Source: Octopus vulgaris
Taxonomy: Eukaryota
Reading direction: 5' to 3'
Assembly (NCBI GenBank): GCA_951406725.2
Contig: OX597815.1
Span: 6,200,001-6,264,000 of the forward strand
Length of the DNA stretch: 64,000 nt
Shown: positions 39,596-55,323 of the stretch, in pieces
How positions within the stretch are numbered: position 1 is the stretch's first letter
Layout of the letters: every line of letters begins with the position of its first letter
Position numbers and translations under genes: made by a program
Notes under the pieces: generated by a model
Seen by the model: the letters and a program-made list of their open reading frames with translations, nothing else
What the model was told of the DNA's origin: nothing
Database searches by the model: none

Positions 39596-39934
39596 ACTTG
39601 GGGATGATAGTGTAAGACCTGCTGGTAGAAATACAGAAATATAAGACCTGGAGGGGTTGCAGATTTACAAAAATAGTATAAAAATTGAGGACAGATACAC
39701 ACTAGAGCAAGATCTGGGGTTGATGTAATGCGGTACAGAATATTTTTGAGTTGTCTATTTTTAAAACGCACAATACTACAACATACATTATTATTATACA
39801 CACATGTACACCCGTATGTGCTATTACAGTGTATATATATGTATATTGTAATATTATACAATGACAGCTTGAGTCTGAGCTGCTGAGAGTGGCCCCTTAA
39901 GTTGCCTCCGCCCCTCTCCCCAGCGAAAAAACAA

Positions 39935-39974
<40 letters not shown>

Positions 39975-40107
39975 GTTATGCGTAGCTCTCCCCTCTGAAA
40001 ACAAAAGTCACCCTGGGGCGGACCGCCCTCGCCGCTCATTCACGAGCTGTTGTAGGTTATACATACACACATATATGCAAACACGGCAACAGTCGTGTGT
40101 CTGCACG

Positions 40108-40146
<39 letters not shown>

Positions 40147-40341
40147 GTGTACAGGGCCTTCCCCCACCCACCCCCGTTTTGTTGGTGTGAGTTGGGGCAT
40201 GAAATAGGAAAGCAATGCGTATATTACACACACACACATAGATACATACATACATACATACATGCACACAAATATGCATTTATATTTACATATACATGCA
40301 TACATATACACGTCATGTATATATGTGTGTATGTACATACA

Positions 40342-40411
<70 letters not shown>

Positions 40412-40791
40412 CATACACATATATATATATAGGTCTTGGAGCGAAGTGCCAACACACGAAACTCTCGGGCCTTGAGTCACTCTGGTGTATATATGTATAT
40501 GATTTCTTCAACTAAAACCCGTTAAGGTGGTGCTCCGGCATGGCCGCAGTTAAATGACAGAAGCAAGTAAAAGAATAAAAGAGTATATATACATATATAT
40601 ATATACACATACATATACATATGTATACGTACATACGTCTGTGTGTGTGTTCTGTGAACAGAGACCTTGAAAATCTCTTCTAATGAGTGTCGCTTTCTCC
40701 TTCACCGGCAACAGAACACAACCACACAGAAAAATACACACACATACATACTCATACATATGCATAGCAACACACATCACACGCATATACA

Positions 40792-40824
<33 letters not shown>

Positions 40825-41230
40825 GTCAATGTAGTAACTCCGCAACTGTATATTGTTATTGTTGAGTCGGTAGAGCATCTGATAACGAACACTCTTTAGC
40901 ATTTGTTTCTTCTCTCAATGCTCTGAGTTCAAATCCCGCCGAAGTCAGGTTTTGCCTTTCACCATTTCAAGTGATCGAAGGTGTTCCTTCGGTATTGGTC
41001 TCCAGAGTGTCGGTATGAGGAGACGACGTCATTCAGCCTCTTTTTCAGCCTATTCTCGTTGTGGGTGAATGACGTCATGTACTAATATCGAAGGATTGCT
41101 GGATTGATAAATAAAGTACCAACCCGTGGTGGTGGTACCCCGTCCTAGAATCTTGAAGACATTTATTCTCCTGAGGCCCGGAAGGTTAGCAATTTTTCAG
41201 AATCGTAATTTCGTTGTATGAAACCCAGGA

Positions 41231-41309
<79 letters not shown>

Positions 41310-41332
41310 CGTAGATATATATATATAGGCGC

Positions 41333-42110
41333 GGCGCAGAAGTGGCTGTGTGGTTTCCGGTTTCTGTCCCACTTGGGCAAATGTCTTCTGCTATAGCCTC
41401 GGGCTGACCAAAACCTTGAGAGTGGATTTGGTAGACGGAAACTAAAAGAAGCCCGTCGTGTATGTGTGTATATATATGTGTGTGTGTGTGTGTGTGGTTG
41501 TCCTCCCATCATCGCTTGACAACCGATGTTGGTGTATTTACGTCCCTGTAACTTAGCGGTTCGGCAAAAGAGACCGATAGAATAAGTACTAGGCTTGCAA
41601 AGAAAAAGTCCTGGCGTCGATTTGTTCGACTAAAGATGGTGCTCCCGCATGGCCGCAGTCAAATGACAAACAAATAAAAGAATATAAGAATATATATATA
41701 TATACATAGGCGCAGGAGTGGCTGTGTGGTAAGTAGCTTGCTTACCAACCACATGGTTCTGGGTTCAGTCCCACTTCGTGGCACCTTGGGCAAGTGTCTT
41801 CTGCTATAGCTCCGGGCTGACCAATGCCTTGTGAGTAGATTTGGTAGACGGAAACTGAAAGAAGCCTGTCGTATATATATATATATGTGTATGTGTGTGT
41901 GTTTGTGTGTCTGTGTTTGTCCCCCTAGCATCGCTTGACAACCGATGCTGGTGTGTTTACGTCCCTGTCACTTAGCGGTTCGTCAAAAAAGAGACCGATA
42001 GAATAAGTTCTGGGCTTACAAAGAATAAGTCCCGGGGTCGAGTTGCTCGATTAAAGGCGGTGCTCCAGCATGGCCGCAGTCAAATGACTGAAACAAGTAA
42101 AAGAGAAAGA
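41333..42110 (+). mobile_element. Two tandem SINE family A copies (41333-41690, 41709-42110)
   Basis: Match to family A. Confidence 0.85.
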
Positions 42111-43137
42111 GAAATATATATATATATATATATATATAACAAGTGCTCCCATTTAGTGATATTTTTGCTTATTTACTTCATTATTGATGACACCTGGTTG
42201 CATAATATGCATTATAGCATTAGCCGCATCTTTGAAACAGCTGTGAAGATCTATTTTCAACTTGTAGGATGAATATGTATGCGTACCATCTCATATAAAT
42301 GGATTCCTGCTGTCTATAACTGTCCGTCCATCTTTTGTCTCTTTGTGTGTGTGTGTGTGTGTGTGTCCTATGTGACTATACATCTACCTACAAAATTCTA
42401 TAGTATTGTATAATTACCCCTCAGGTCAAGGGTGGCTTCTTGTGTATCCCCGTCTTGAAAAGTAGGGTCGGGTGAACCACAGTAGATAAATTGGTCAAAA
42501 ATATTCCTAAAGATGGACGGAGTAGTCACGACTGGAATGCCTTTTATCATAGATCTGCTGTATCAACGCTCATCTGGGGATGAACAATATCGACGCAATT
42601 GAGCCCCTCGTTCGGGGACTCAAATAATGTAAATAATGTGCTTGATAATGGTTCCAAGTTTTGGCCCAAGGCCAACAATTTCGGGGGAGGGGAACTCGAT
42701 TACATCGACCCCAGTACACAACTGGTACTTATTTTTATCAACCTTCAAAGGATGTTTGGCAAAATGGTGGAATTTGAACTTAAAGCGTAAAGACGGACGA
42801 AATGCCGCTAAACATTTTGTCCGGCTTGCTAACGGTTCTGCCAGTTCACCGCCCTCATCAACCTCTCGACATTACTGTCTCAGGTCGTAGGACTAACAAA
42901 GCTGGGGCTACACAGTGTCCTGTCCACTTCCTTTGTTGTATAAGTGACCGAGATTATAACACTCCGCTTGAAATGAACGCCAGATCACCGTAAACTTGTA
43001 AAGCTGCGTTGCGTAATGTGAGGCGAAATTTCGCTTGCTATATCTGTCAGCTTGATCCGTCTCTGGTGGTTATCTCACGAGGGACTTACATAGTTCACAT
43101 TATTAAAACTATATGTCAAAGACAAAGATTGTATATG

Positions 43138-43169
<32 letters not shown>

Positions 43170-43183
43170 TGTATGTATGTATG

Positions 43184-43234
<51 letters not shown>

Positions 43235-43449
43235 ATATACACTTTATTATGAAAGCAACAAAAACAGCACATTTTTGTGGTGTTTTTGTGATGTTTTTGC
43301 AGCTTCATTAATAAAACACATTGCTCTACCTCCGGTATTCGAGTACTATTTCTTTCCACCTTGTTTCACATTTATGTGCTTACTCATGGTAACGCCACGC
43401 ATCCATTTCCAAGTAAGTATATATATATATATATTATATATATATATAT

Positions 43450-43825
43450 ACTAGCAGTATCGCCCTGGCGTTGCTCGGGTTTGTTTCGACCCTTTAGAAT
43501 TGGAATTTTTGAAAAGTAAAAATTTTGCATTATGTAGCTTGTTATTCTCTTTAAGTGAACATTTTTCTGGTTGAAATACACCGAAAAATGACAACACAGC
43601 AGTCAAAACATCATTAAAAAATAGGGATTTTCTTAGAAAAAAAGCATAATAATTTTTGGTGTTAACATGATCCGATTTGAATTTTCTCTTCTACGGAAGG
43701 AAGAGCAAGCCTTCTTCTATCATACTCTCAATTTTGGTCAACTTGCGCCGCAGGGTCTCGGAGGAGATAGTGTTAGTTGAAGGCTACCAAACCTGCCATA
43801 CACAGACAACTTCAGCTTTATATAT
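43450..43825 (-). mobile_element. Non-autonomous Helitron-like element
   Basis: ACTAGCAGTATCGCCC..GGCGTTGCTCGGG (3' hairpin plus CTAG on the minus strand) through CAGACAACTTCAGCTTTATATA. Copies at 47121-47325 and 62752-63552. Confidence 0.75.
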
Positions 43826-44411
43826 ATGTATATATATAACAATCGAGGCGTGGAATGTGTGTATAAGCCATTTAAAACACACAAAAACCGTTAGATTCAC
43901 TTCAACATTTAAATTTAATTTGCCAAAATATTTTCGTCGCTTTGAGACCGCGACCTGTTCATTCTTAAATGGCTTACAAACATCTTCCACGCTGCAATTG
44001 TTTTCGTTCCAGCACACGATCTCAGACCAGGTTACTTGCTATGCAAGTACATCTCCATAATATATTTATGTTTGTGTGTGTGTGTGTGTATGTATATTTA
44101 TGTGTGTGCTTTTGTGTCTATGTTCCCCCCCCCCCCCGCCACCAGCGCCTTATAACCGATGTTGGTTTGTTTATGTACTTATTCTTTCGGCAAAAGAAAC
44201 CACCGAAAGAATAAGTACTAGGCTTACAAAGAATAAGTCCTGGAGTCGATTCGTTTGACTAAAGGCGGTGCTACAGCATGGCCGCAGTCAAATGACAAAC
44301 GTGTAAGAGTAAGAGCTACGTCCATGAGCACGGAAAAGACACATCTCACAAATGATCAAGCTTTGAATAGAAACAGACGATCTCTCTGTATGCATGTGTA
44401 TATATGCATAC

Positions 44412-44470
<59 letters not shown>

Positions 44471-44724
44471 TGTATGAATGCACGTGTATATATATATATG
44501 CCCGTGTGTAAAGCGTTCTTTTCGTTGAAAAAAAAAATTCCTTTAATTTTTTTCCGTAAACAAAGTTTCTTTGTTAAGACTCTGCCATCAAGATAAAAAT
44601 AATATATGTATCATCGTTTAACGTCCGCTTTCCATGCCAGCATGGGTTATATATATATATACTTACATACATACGTACGTACATACATACATTATGTATG
44701 TGTGTGCGTGTATATGTATATATA

Positions 44725-44838
<114 letters not shown>

Positions 44839-44907
44839 CATACAAATATGCATTTATATTATATATATAGATATGCGTATATATATTATGTATGTGTGTG
44901 TATATAC

Positions 44908-44944
<37 letters not shown>

Positions 44945-45308
44945 ATCTTTATTCTAGTCGTATTGTGTGTGTGTGTGTCTAATAAATAATACACGCACAC
45001 ATGCACATATACACCATATACATACATATATACACATACACATACACACATGCATATGTGTGTATATATGTATACTATGATGCTAACGATTGACTGACTC
45101 CTTATAGCAGACATAAAACCTTTGATTGAGAATAAACGGAAAAAAAGAAAAAGAAAAAGAGAAAGAAAAGAAGGAAATCGTTTCAGAGACTGACAACAAG
45201 ATTAATGACGAAGATACAGATATATTTATGTTTATAGATTGGGATAAAGAGCCGGGTGGAGGTACCAGAATCTCGGTCATTCACCCCGGGTAGCACATAC
45301 GAAAAGGT

Positions 45309-45825
45309 TTAGTTAGTTAGTTAATTTTTTTGGCTCAAAAGCAAAAAGCATGGCCATGTAGGGGGACATGGAGTTATGTACAGGGTGGTGTTCATGTAAA
45401 GAGTTCAGGCCACTTGAGGTCTAGGGAGACTTTGAACCAAGCGGTCGTCGGCATCTTCACCATCTCGTCCGGCAGCTTGTTCCACGGATCCGCAACCCGG
45501 ACGGAGAAAGCTCCTCTCCTTCGATTGAGATGAAATCGTCGCAGGTAGAGCTTTTCGGAATGACCCCGCAGCCGACGCTCTGGAGCAGGAGTGAAGAACA
45601 GCTCTTTCGAGAGGTTACACTTTCCGCTTATGATGTTGTGAGCGAGAATGAGACCACCACGGCGGCGGCGTTTTTCTAGAGAATAAAGGTCGAGCGTCTT
45701 CAGCCTTTCTTCATAAGACAAATGCTTGAGACCAAGAACCATGCGGGTAGCCAGCTTCTGGACTCTTTCGAGATGCTGTATGTCTTTGAGGAGATAAGGA
45801 GAAGAGGCTTGAATCCCGTACTCAC
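45309..45825 (-). mobile_element. CR1-type LINE 3' fragment with (TAAC)n tail
   Basis: EYGIQASSPYLLKDIQHLERVQKLATRMVLGLKHLSYEERLKTLDLYSLEKRRRRG..RGHSEKL..FSVRVADPWNKLP..FKVSLD. Confidence 0.9.
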
Positions 45826-46385
45826 CAGCGTGACTTTGAGCGGTAAGAATATGGCTGCTGTTTGCACAGTGTCATGTCTTTGCTTAGAATTGGAACCACG
45901 AGAAAGACGGGGAGACGACGCTTCGTTTAACTGAAGCTCATAAACACATAAAAGAAAGGCATGTTTGACAATTGTTCGTTTTATGTTTAGTGTTTGTCTT
46001 CACTACCTGGCTTGGCAACCGTTGCTGGTTTGTTTACGTCTACGTAAATTAGTAATTCGGCAAAATAGACCAATGAAATAAGTATAAGGCTTAAAAAGAA
46101 GAGAACAGGGAACTTTACCTTTTGACCGACAGATTTAAAAAATAATTTTTTGTAACTAAACACTTTCAAACTTCGGACACTGGTAGAATGTGTCATATAA
46201 AACATATTTTACTCTTAGCATGTTTGAGAACAACTTATATTTATGAAGTAATTTCACGTCAAAGTTGTCCTATTTCGGTAATTTCAACCAATCAATGACG
46301 TGTATTCAGCTGAAAAAAATTACTGCCGTTGTTTGTCAACAACAACTATCGGCGGTGTATTTTTCGTTTGTCACTGTTATTTATG

Positions 46386-46431
<46 letters not shown>

Positions 46432-47871
46432 TGTTGTGTCTGGGGAGAGAGTCTCAACACCCGAACTGATATAAAGAATCTTGCTAACCAAATCCAAAAA
46501 CGAAATACATGAACTCAGAACGTAACGGCAGACGAAATACGGCCACGCATTTCGTCCGGCGTGCTAACGTTTCTGCCAGCTCTGTGTGTGTTCGCGCGCG
46601 TGCGTGCAGAACAAAAGGCTTAGGTGGCCTCTGTGGGATTTGAACTCAAAGCACAAAAGACTAAACAAATATCCCCCTCATTTTCTGCCAATCAACCATT
46701 TTCATATTGCAGTACATTATTTATACAAATGTGTATGATTGTGGAGATGTGTAAGTATGTATCTATGTGTGTGTGTGTGTGTGTTATTGAACTTTTAACA
46801 TTATAAACACATTCTTCCCCCCCACTAATTAAACTCGCCCCCCCCACCACCACCACCCTATTCCACACGTTTCTTTGTTTCTAAAAATCGGTAAAAATTG
46901 TAAAAATTTGGCAGTGGAAGACCGTTTTTTTTTTATTAAAAAAAAATTTTTTTTCTAAAAATAAAACACGATGAAATCAGGAAAAAATAATATTTACCAA
47001 CACAGAACTCTATTTATAAAATCAAGCAAATAAATTTATCAAAATAGATTTATCAAAATAGTTGGAAGGAAGGAAGGAATGTGTGTGTGTGTGTGTGTGT
47101 GTATGCTAATTTATCAAAATACTAGCAGTATCGCCCGGCGTTGCTCGGGTTTGTTTTGACTCTTTAGAATTGGAATTTTTGAAAAGTAAAAATTTTGCAT
47201 TGTGTAGTTTGTTATTCTCTTTAAGTGAACATTTTTCTGGTTGAAATACACCGAAAAATGGCGACACAGCAGTCAAAAAATCGTAAAAAATAGGGATTTT
47301 CATAGAAAAAAAAGCACCTTTTTGATCAACCATCGGCGGTGACCACATTACCGGTTTCAATTCTTTCTGAATCTTTATTATTATTATGATATATTATTAT
47401 TATTATTTTATTTATTTATTATTTTTCGTCATGTCTCAAAAGGAATAAAATTTACTCAACTAGTTTTTAAAGTTCTTTTTAAAATTCCTCTTGTTTTTCA
47501 CACCAGAGAAGGAAACGCCACCGTTTCTTCCAATAAATACATCCAAAGTATCAGTTTGTCACGAACCCTTAAAGTACGACTGCGGGTCCCCAATTTACTA
47601 TTTTGCTTGCGTGTCCCACCCCCACCAAATCTTACTTGGACCCCAGTTGAGAATCACTGCTTTGCGTTTTGGCTTTCTATCTCTTAGGAATCAATAAATA
47701 AAATATTGACCTTGTACTAGAATCGATTCTTCTCTCACACTCTTATCATCTTCATCATTATTTCAAATGTCTAAAATGTGCCATATGTCACGCCGCTGCC
47801 CCTAAAAGGTGAGGTCCCCGAGGAAGGAAAACTAGAATTTAGACACGTGTAAATAAATATATTTTCATATA

Positions 47872-48285
47872 GGCGCAGGAGTGGTTGTGTGGTAAGTAGC
47901 TTGCTAACCAACCACATGGTTCCGGGTTCAGTCCCACTGCGTGGCATCTTGGGCAAGTGTCTTCTGCTATAGCCCCGGGCCGACCAATGCCTTGTGAGTG
48001 GATTTGGTAGACGGAAACTGAAAGAAGCCTGTTGTATATATGTATACATATATATGTGTGTGTGTGTTTGTGTGTCCGTGTTTGTTCCCCTAGCATTGCT
48101 TGACAACCGATGCTGGTGTGTTTACGTCCCCGTTACTTAGCGGTTCGGCAAAAAAAAAAGAGACCGATAGAATAAGTTCTGGGCTTACAAAAAGAATAAG
48201 TCCCGGGGTCGATTTGCTCGACTAAAGGCGGTGCTCCAGCATGGCCGCAGTCAAATGACTGAAACAAGTAAAAGAGTAAAAGAGT
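47872..48285 (+). mobile_element. SINE family A (full length)
   Basis: Match to family A. Flanks show similar inverted sequence (AATTTAGACACGTGTAAATAAATA / TATTTATTTACACTTGTCTGAATT). Confidence 0.9.
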
Positions 48286-48710
48286 ATGTATTTATTTACA
48301 CTTGTCTGAATTTTATTTTTCTAGAAATTAAATATAAACAATAGAACCAAAACAATTCTCACATGGCCATCTTGAAAGCGTCGTATAACTTTACTATAAT
48401 AGTCCGCAGCCATCTTAGGTACTTAGACGACGCTGCTTTCATTTTGATCACTTATGGCTCGTGTGTCCTACATGCAAACCACATGTATGTAACCTATATA
48501 AATCCCACATGTAGCCGTCATATAGCTCGGAGGTTCCCAACCTTTTCACTTCCAAATGGACCTGGATCTTTTCCGTTTGATGGACGGAATTTCTAGTTAA
48601 CTAAACAATTTGAAACTTCGTATACTGGTCAAAAGGAAAAGATCCAAGGTCCTTTCTATTTACGGACCCCTTTTAATATGCCTACCGTCATGCATGCATG
48701 CATACACACA

Positions 48711-48769
<59 letters not shown>

Positions 48770-48875
48770 TTGTGTATTTAGACGAGTTACAGTGTTTACA
48801 TTTGCGATAAAGTCGGTTAAATGTTTTTCTTTTAAAATTTGAAAATCTTTTCAACGCTAAAACTACAACCAAATA

Positions 48876-48937
<62 letters not shown>

Positions 48938-48971
48938 AACGACTACTACATCTACCACCACTACTACAACG

Positions 48972-49026
<55 letters not shown>

Positions 49027-49152
49027 TTACTACTACTACCACCGTATAGACAATCCCTGCACAATAACAACAGTTGATACTCCGTTTTCATCTAGAGCAC
49101 ATTAACTCTAGCTAGCACACAGACACACACACATTCATAACCCCCCCCCCAC

Positions 49153-49944
<792 letters not shown>

Positions 49945-50274
49945 ATATATATATATATATTGCCCAGTAACTCATACTGAGGAAGGTTGAGGTCGTAGAT
50001 GGTATTAACAATAGTAACATCTTCGAATGTAAACATTCAAATGCTTTTGCTCATATATACGTGCAGGAGGCACGTAAAAAGCACCCACTACACTCATGGA
50101 GTGGTTGGCGTTAGGAAGGGCATCCAGCTGTAGAAACACTGCCAGATCAGACTGGAGCCTGGAGCAGCCCCTGGCTCCCCAGACCCCGGTCGAACCGTCC
50201 AACCCGTGCTGCTAGCGCGGAAAACGGACGTTAAACGATGATGATGATATATATATGTATATATGCACATACAT

Positions 50275-50470
50275 TTGCTTTATATATGTATATAGATGGT
50301 TCAAAGTTGTACATAAAGCAAAAGACAGACAGGTGAAGGAACGACGAACAAGGTGTACAAGTTTGACGCTCAAGAAGATTGGAAAAATCTTTGACGTTTC
50401 GAGCCCACGCTCTTCTACAGACTGGAATGAAGAGAGAAAACAGATGGAGAGACGGAAAAATGGAGATAGA
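50275..50470 (-). mobile_element. PLE-like short element with minimal hammerhead (50388-50421)
   Basis: Minus strand CTGTAGA-A-GAGC-GTGG-GCTC-GAAACGTC-AAAGA. Confidence 0.55.
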
Positions 50471-50485
50471 GATAGAGAGATAGAG

Positions 50486-50545
<60 letters not shown>

Positions 50546-50690
50546 TGCTTGGAATACAACCACACCTTCTCACACATTCACACACACACAAACGCCTTAT
50601 ATCTAACTTGACAGTCTAGACTCTAGACAATATACACACCATTAAAATACGTTTATCTGTCCACCTTCCTATCTCTCTCCCTCTCTCCCC

Positions 50691-50724
<34 letters not shown>

Positions 50725-51699
50725 ACCACCACACCAATAGTATTTTCTATTCGTAACTCTTCTGGCACACTTCCTTCTATTTCTGAAGATTTTCTTCAAA
50801 CACTTTTATCCCTGATACCATCTCAATGAGGTTTATATATATATATTTATTATAGGTGGATGTGTAGAAGTGTTGGCACTATGTTGGATGAGTTGGTGCC
50901 TTGCCGTGTCTCTTCCAACTCTTCGCAGGCGTTCAGATGGTAACGCCCTCAAAGAAGCACCGGTGCCAAACATGTGGCAGCCACCAATGTCAAACATGTA
51001 GCAGCCACCCATTATCTGTAACTTATTTCAATCATTTGCCGTGTTGTGGGACCACTTTGAAGGGTTTTAATCGGAGAAATCGACTTAAAATTAGATCTCG
51101 TAACCTATTTTGTGGGTCTCTTCTGCCAAACTGTTAAGATACGGGGACGTTAACGAACCAATACCGGTTGTGAAGCGGGTGGTGGTGGTGGTGGTGGTGG
51201 TAGTGGTGGTACAAAAGCGGACACAAACACACACATATCTCATTATCATTTTAATATCCCCATCTCTATGCTTGCATGGGTCGGACGGAGTTTACTGCGT
51301 TAGATATTCTACGGCTGGATGCTCTTCCTGTAGCCAATCGTCACCTGTTTACAAGCAAGGTAATATTCCCTCAAGACCAGACCTATTGTTGCAGGATATT
51401 AGAAATGAAGAGATGATTGACACTGCTTGTATGACGGTGACGATCACTTTACAATTAGCACGTGATGTCAAGACAAAGACACACACACACACACACACAC
51501 ATTTATACGACAGCCTTCCAACTAGTTTCTGTTTCTCAAATTCACTCACAAGGCATTGGTCAGCCAGGAACTGAATACAAAAACCTCTCGGTGGCACAGC
51601 CAGCTTCTGAAGTGCAAAGTCACAGAGAGGGTAAGTGGGTGAGGGTTTTTTAAAATGTATGACAACTGCACTTCTTCCATAAAAAAGCATAATCTTTTC

Positions 51700-52090
51700 T
51701 ACGCTAGGCACGTGGCCTGCAATTATGGGGAGAGGGGCCAGTCGATTAGATCGACCCCAGTACGCAACTGGTACTTAATTTATCGAACTCGTAAAGACGA
51801 AAGGCAAAGTTGACCACGGGGGAATTTGCACACAGAACGTAAAGACAGACGAAATACCTATTTCTTTATTACCCACAAGGGGCTAAACACAGAGAGGACA
51901 AACAAGGACAGACAAACGGATTAAGTCGATTATATCGAGCCCAGTGCGTAACTGGTACTTATTTAATCGACCCCGAAAGGATGAAAGGCAAAGTCGACCT
52001 CGGTGGAATTTGAACTCAGAACGTAACGGCAAACGAAATACCGCTACGCATTTCGCCCGGCGTGCTAACGTTTCTGCCAGCTCGCTGCCT
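51700..52090 (-). mobile_element. SINE family B, tandem
   Basis: Match to family B. Confidence 0.85.
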
Positions 52091-52347
52091 TCATTAAAAG
52101 AGCATAATGAATAAAAATATATATATAAACTGCGCCCTTGGAATGTTGCCTGGCAACGGCTGGGTTCCCTCTCAGCTATAGATTCTTGGGTGATTCACGC
52201 GATCATTGCTATTACACTTCAGTGTGTTCATTCAGGCGAGAAACTTTGAGTAGACGCGGAATATACTATTCTTCAGCCGCCATCGAATAAACAAACTGTA
52301 CTTTACTAAATGCATCTGTCGATACAACAGTTTGTACTCTTGCATAT

Positions 52348-52385
<38 letters not shown>

Positions 52386-52479
52386 ATTCTTTATTTGCGG
52401 GTTTGCGGATTAGCAAAGCTACCAATGGTTTCATGTAGCCTTGTTAACTTACAAATAAAGAATATTTATCCATCAATGC

Positions 52480-52790
52480 AACGTTGAGCACTCATTCTCG
52501 CTGTTCGATATTAGCGATCACCACTACTTTATTATCTCCCCTTCTTCCTAGTGACCCCTTCCCCTGTGTGACCCCTCTCTCTGGCAATCGCCATGATAGA
52601 TCGTTAGCCACTAAACCATTTTTATTTTCTCTCACTGTTTATTTTTGTGTTTTTTTCTGTCGAAGAGCGTCGGCTCGAAATGTAAAAGACTTTCTCACTT
52701 CCCGAGCATTAAACTAATACATCTGTTTGTTGTTTACATAAACGTCTTCATGTTTTGTTTGTTTTGTTTTTTTTGTAAATTCTCACTATA
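52480..52790 (+). mobile_element. PLE-like short element with minimal hammerhead (52652-52689), 3' end in (TA)n
   Basis: TTTTT-CTGTCGA-A-GAGC-GTCG-GCTC-GAAATGTA-AAAGA. Confidence 0.55.
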
Positions 52791-53228
52791 TATATATTAT
52801 ACACACACACTCAAACACCATGCACACACACGTTTATATGTATATATATACATATAAACACACACAAATATATTTTTCCTTATACGTGTTTCAGTAATTT
52901 GACTGCGGCCATGCTAAAGCACCGCCTTTAGTCGAACAAATCGACCCCAGAACTTATTCTTTGTAAGCCTAGTACTTATTCTATCGCTCTCTTTTTACCG
53001 AGCCGCTAAGTTATGGGGACGTAAACACACCAATATCGGTTGTCAAGCGATGGTGGGGGACAAACAAACAAACACACACACACACACACACATATACATA
53101 CGACGGGCTTTTTTCAGTTTCCGTCTACACTTGCCCAAGGTGCTACGCAGTGGGACTGAACCCGGAACCATGTGGTTGGGAAGCCAGCCTCTTCTCACAC
53201 ACCCACTCATATATATGTATACACACAT

Positions 53229-53267
<39 letters not shown>

Positions 53268-53585
53268 TATATACACGTATATAAATACTTCAGTTTTGTA
53301 TCTGGTTTGCAAGATTCCTTATGTGAATTCGTGTGTTGAAACAAATGTTGTTGTGTCTGGAGAGAGTCGTAGTGCCATAACATAACACACGCACCGATTC
53401 AATTTCCACTCATCTATTTTTTTGCCGCTGCACTTGCGACTGTATCAATGGATTTTGAGAGGCAAAGTCCATTGATATCAAAATCCATTGATACAATCGA
53501 AATGCAGCAATGCAGCGGAATAAATATATAAATAAATGAGTGGAAATCGAACCGCTGGACGTGTTATATTAAGGCACTAGACACA

Positions 53586-53618
<33 letters not shown>

Positions 53619-53658
53619 TGTATATGTGTGTGTATATATATCTATATATATATATCTA

Positions 53659-53749
<91 letters not shown>

Positions 53750-53753
53750 TTAT

Positions 53754-54155
53754 ATACTCTACTCTTTTACCTGTTTCAATCATTTGACTGCGGCCATGCT
53801 GGAGCACCGCCTTTTAGCCGAGCAAATCGACCCCGGGACTTATTCTTTGTAAGCCCAGTACTTATTCTATCGGTCTCTTTTGCCGAACCGCTAAGTGACG
53901 GGGACGTAAACACACCAGCATCAGTTGTCAAGCAATGGTGGGGGGACAAACACAGACACACATACACACACATAAACATATATACATATATACGACAGGC
54001 TTCTTTCAGTTTCCGTCTACCAAATCCACTCACAAGGCATTGGTCGGCCCGGGGCTATAGCAGAAGACACTTGCCCAAGATACCACGCAGTGGGACTGAA
54101 CCCGGAACCATGTGGTTGGTAAGCAAGCTGCTTACCACACAGCCACTCCTGCGCC
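53754..54155 (-). mobile_element. SINE family A (full length); other copies at 52885-53200 (-) and 57338-57648 (-)
   Basis: Match to family A. Confidence 0.9.
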
Positions 54156-55323
54156 TATATATATATATTACACGAACGTACGTACGTGCATACATATACA
54201 AATAGATATACACACGCATGCATGTTTTTTTACACACATACATATAACATACGGTTGTTACAATAAATATTAGGAATGTTTAAAAAGGTAAAAACGAACA
54301 TCCATCAACGCTAATCCCGCCGCCATTACCACTCCGCTGTTGTTGGTGGAAGCTGGGGATATTTTGTTTTAAACATCAGATATTTCATTGAAGCAGCCGA
54401 TACCTACACCTCTATGGTTACAGATACATTCTGGCTCAAAAATAAACATCTACCTCTAAACATCTCGTCTTTGATATTCTCCAGACATTGTGTGGTATTC
54501 CTCTCGCTAGAAATAACAGCTAAATGTCTTTCAAATCCCATCGTTATTGTCTTCATCATCAGCAACAGCAACAAAAATGGATGGCCAAATAGGTTAATTA
54601 CCAAAAATGGATCTCGGTTAGAACTTCCGACCATGACTGTCCAGCTGTTTGACCAACTAAACTAACAAGTTCGTTAAATTAGCTTATAAGTGGACGAGTA
54701 TTCCAAAGACGCGTGTACCTCTGATTTTCCCTGCGGAATTAGTGTGACGAAATGGTGTGCCAAGGCGGGACCTTTTGAATTACACGTACAATTCATTCGA
54801 TGGGCTTCAGTACAGTTTCCATCTCCTCAGTTTCATTCGCAGGTATGAATCAACCCAAGGCTATAGAAAATGTTATTGGCTTAAGATGTCACCCAGTGGG
54901 ATCAAACCCCGGACCTCTTGATTACGAAACAAGCTTCTATATCATCCGGCCATACTGCTCCTGTTTGGTTGTCAGATAAATTCGTTCGCTTCCGCCTCTT
55001 GTCCCCCATTCATTTAATTCTTATTTTTCGTCATGTCTGAAAACAAATAAAGTTTACTCAAATAACTAAAACAATAAACAAAAGCTGTGGAGGAAGACAA
55101 TGATTAGAAGAAAAAAAAGCCATAAAACAGTGATAGAAATATTTTTCGTGTTAATTCAAATAACATTGGAAAAAACAAACGAATTTAAAACTGGATAATT
55201 CATCAGCTACACACTTATGTACAAAGAAAAAAATGAAGAGTATGGCAAAACCCTTCCTACATTTTACAGACCGGCAAACGCTTCAAGAGTGAAAGTACAG
55301 TATATATTGATTCAAACTGTGAC

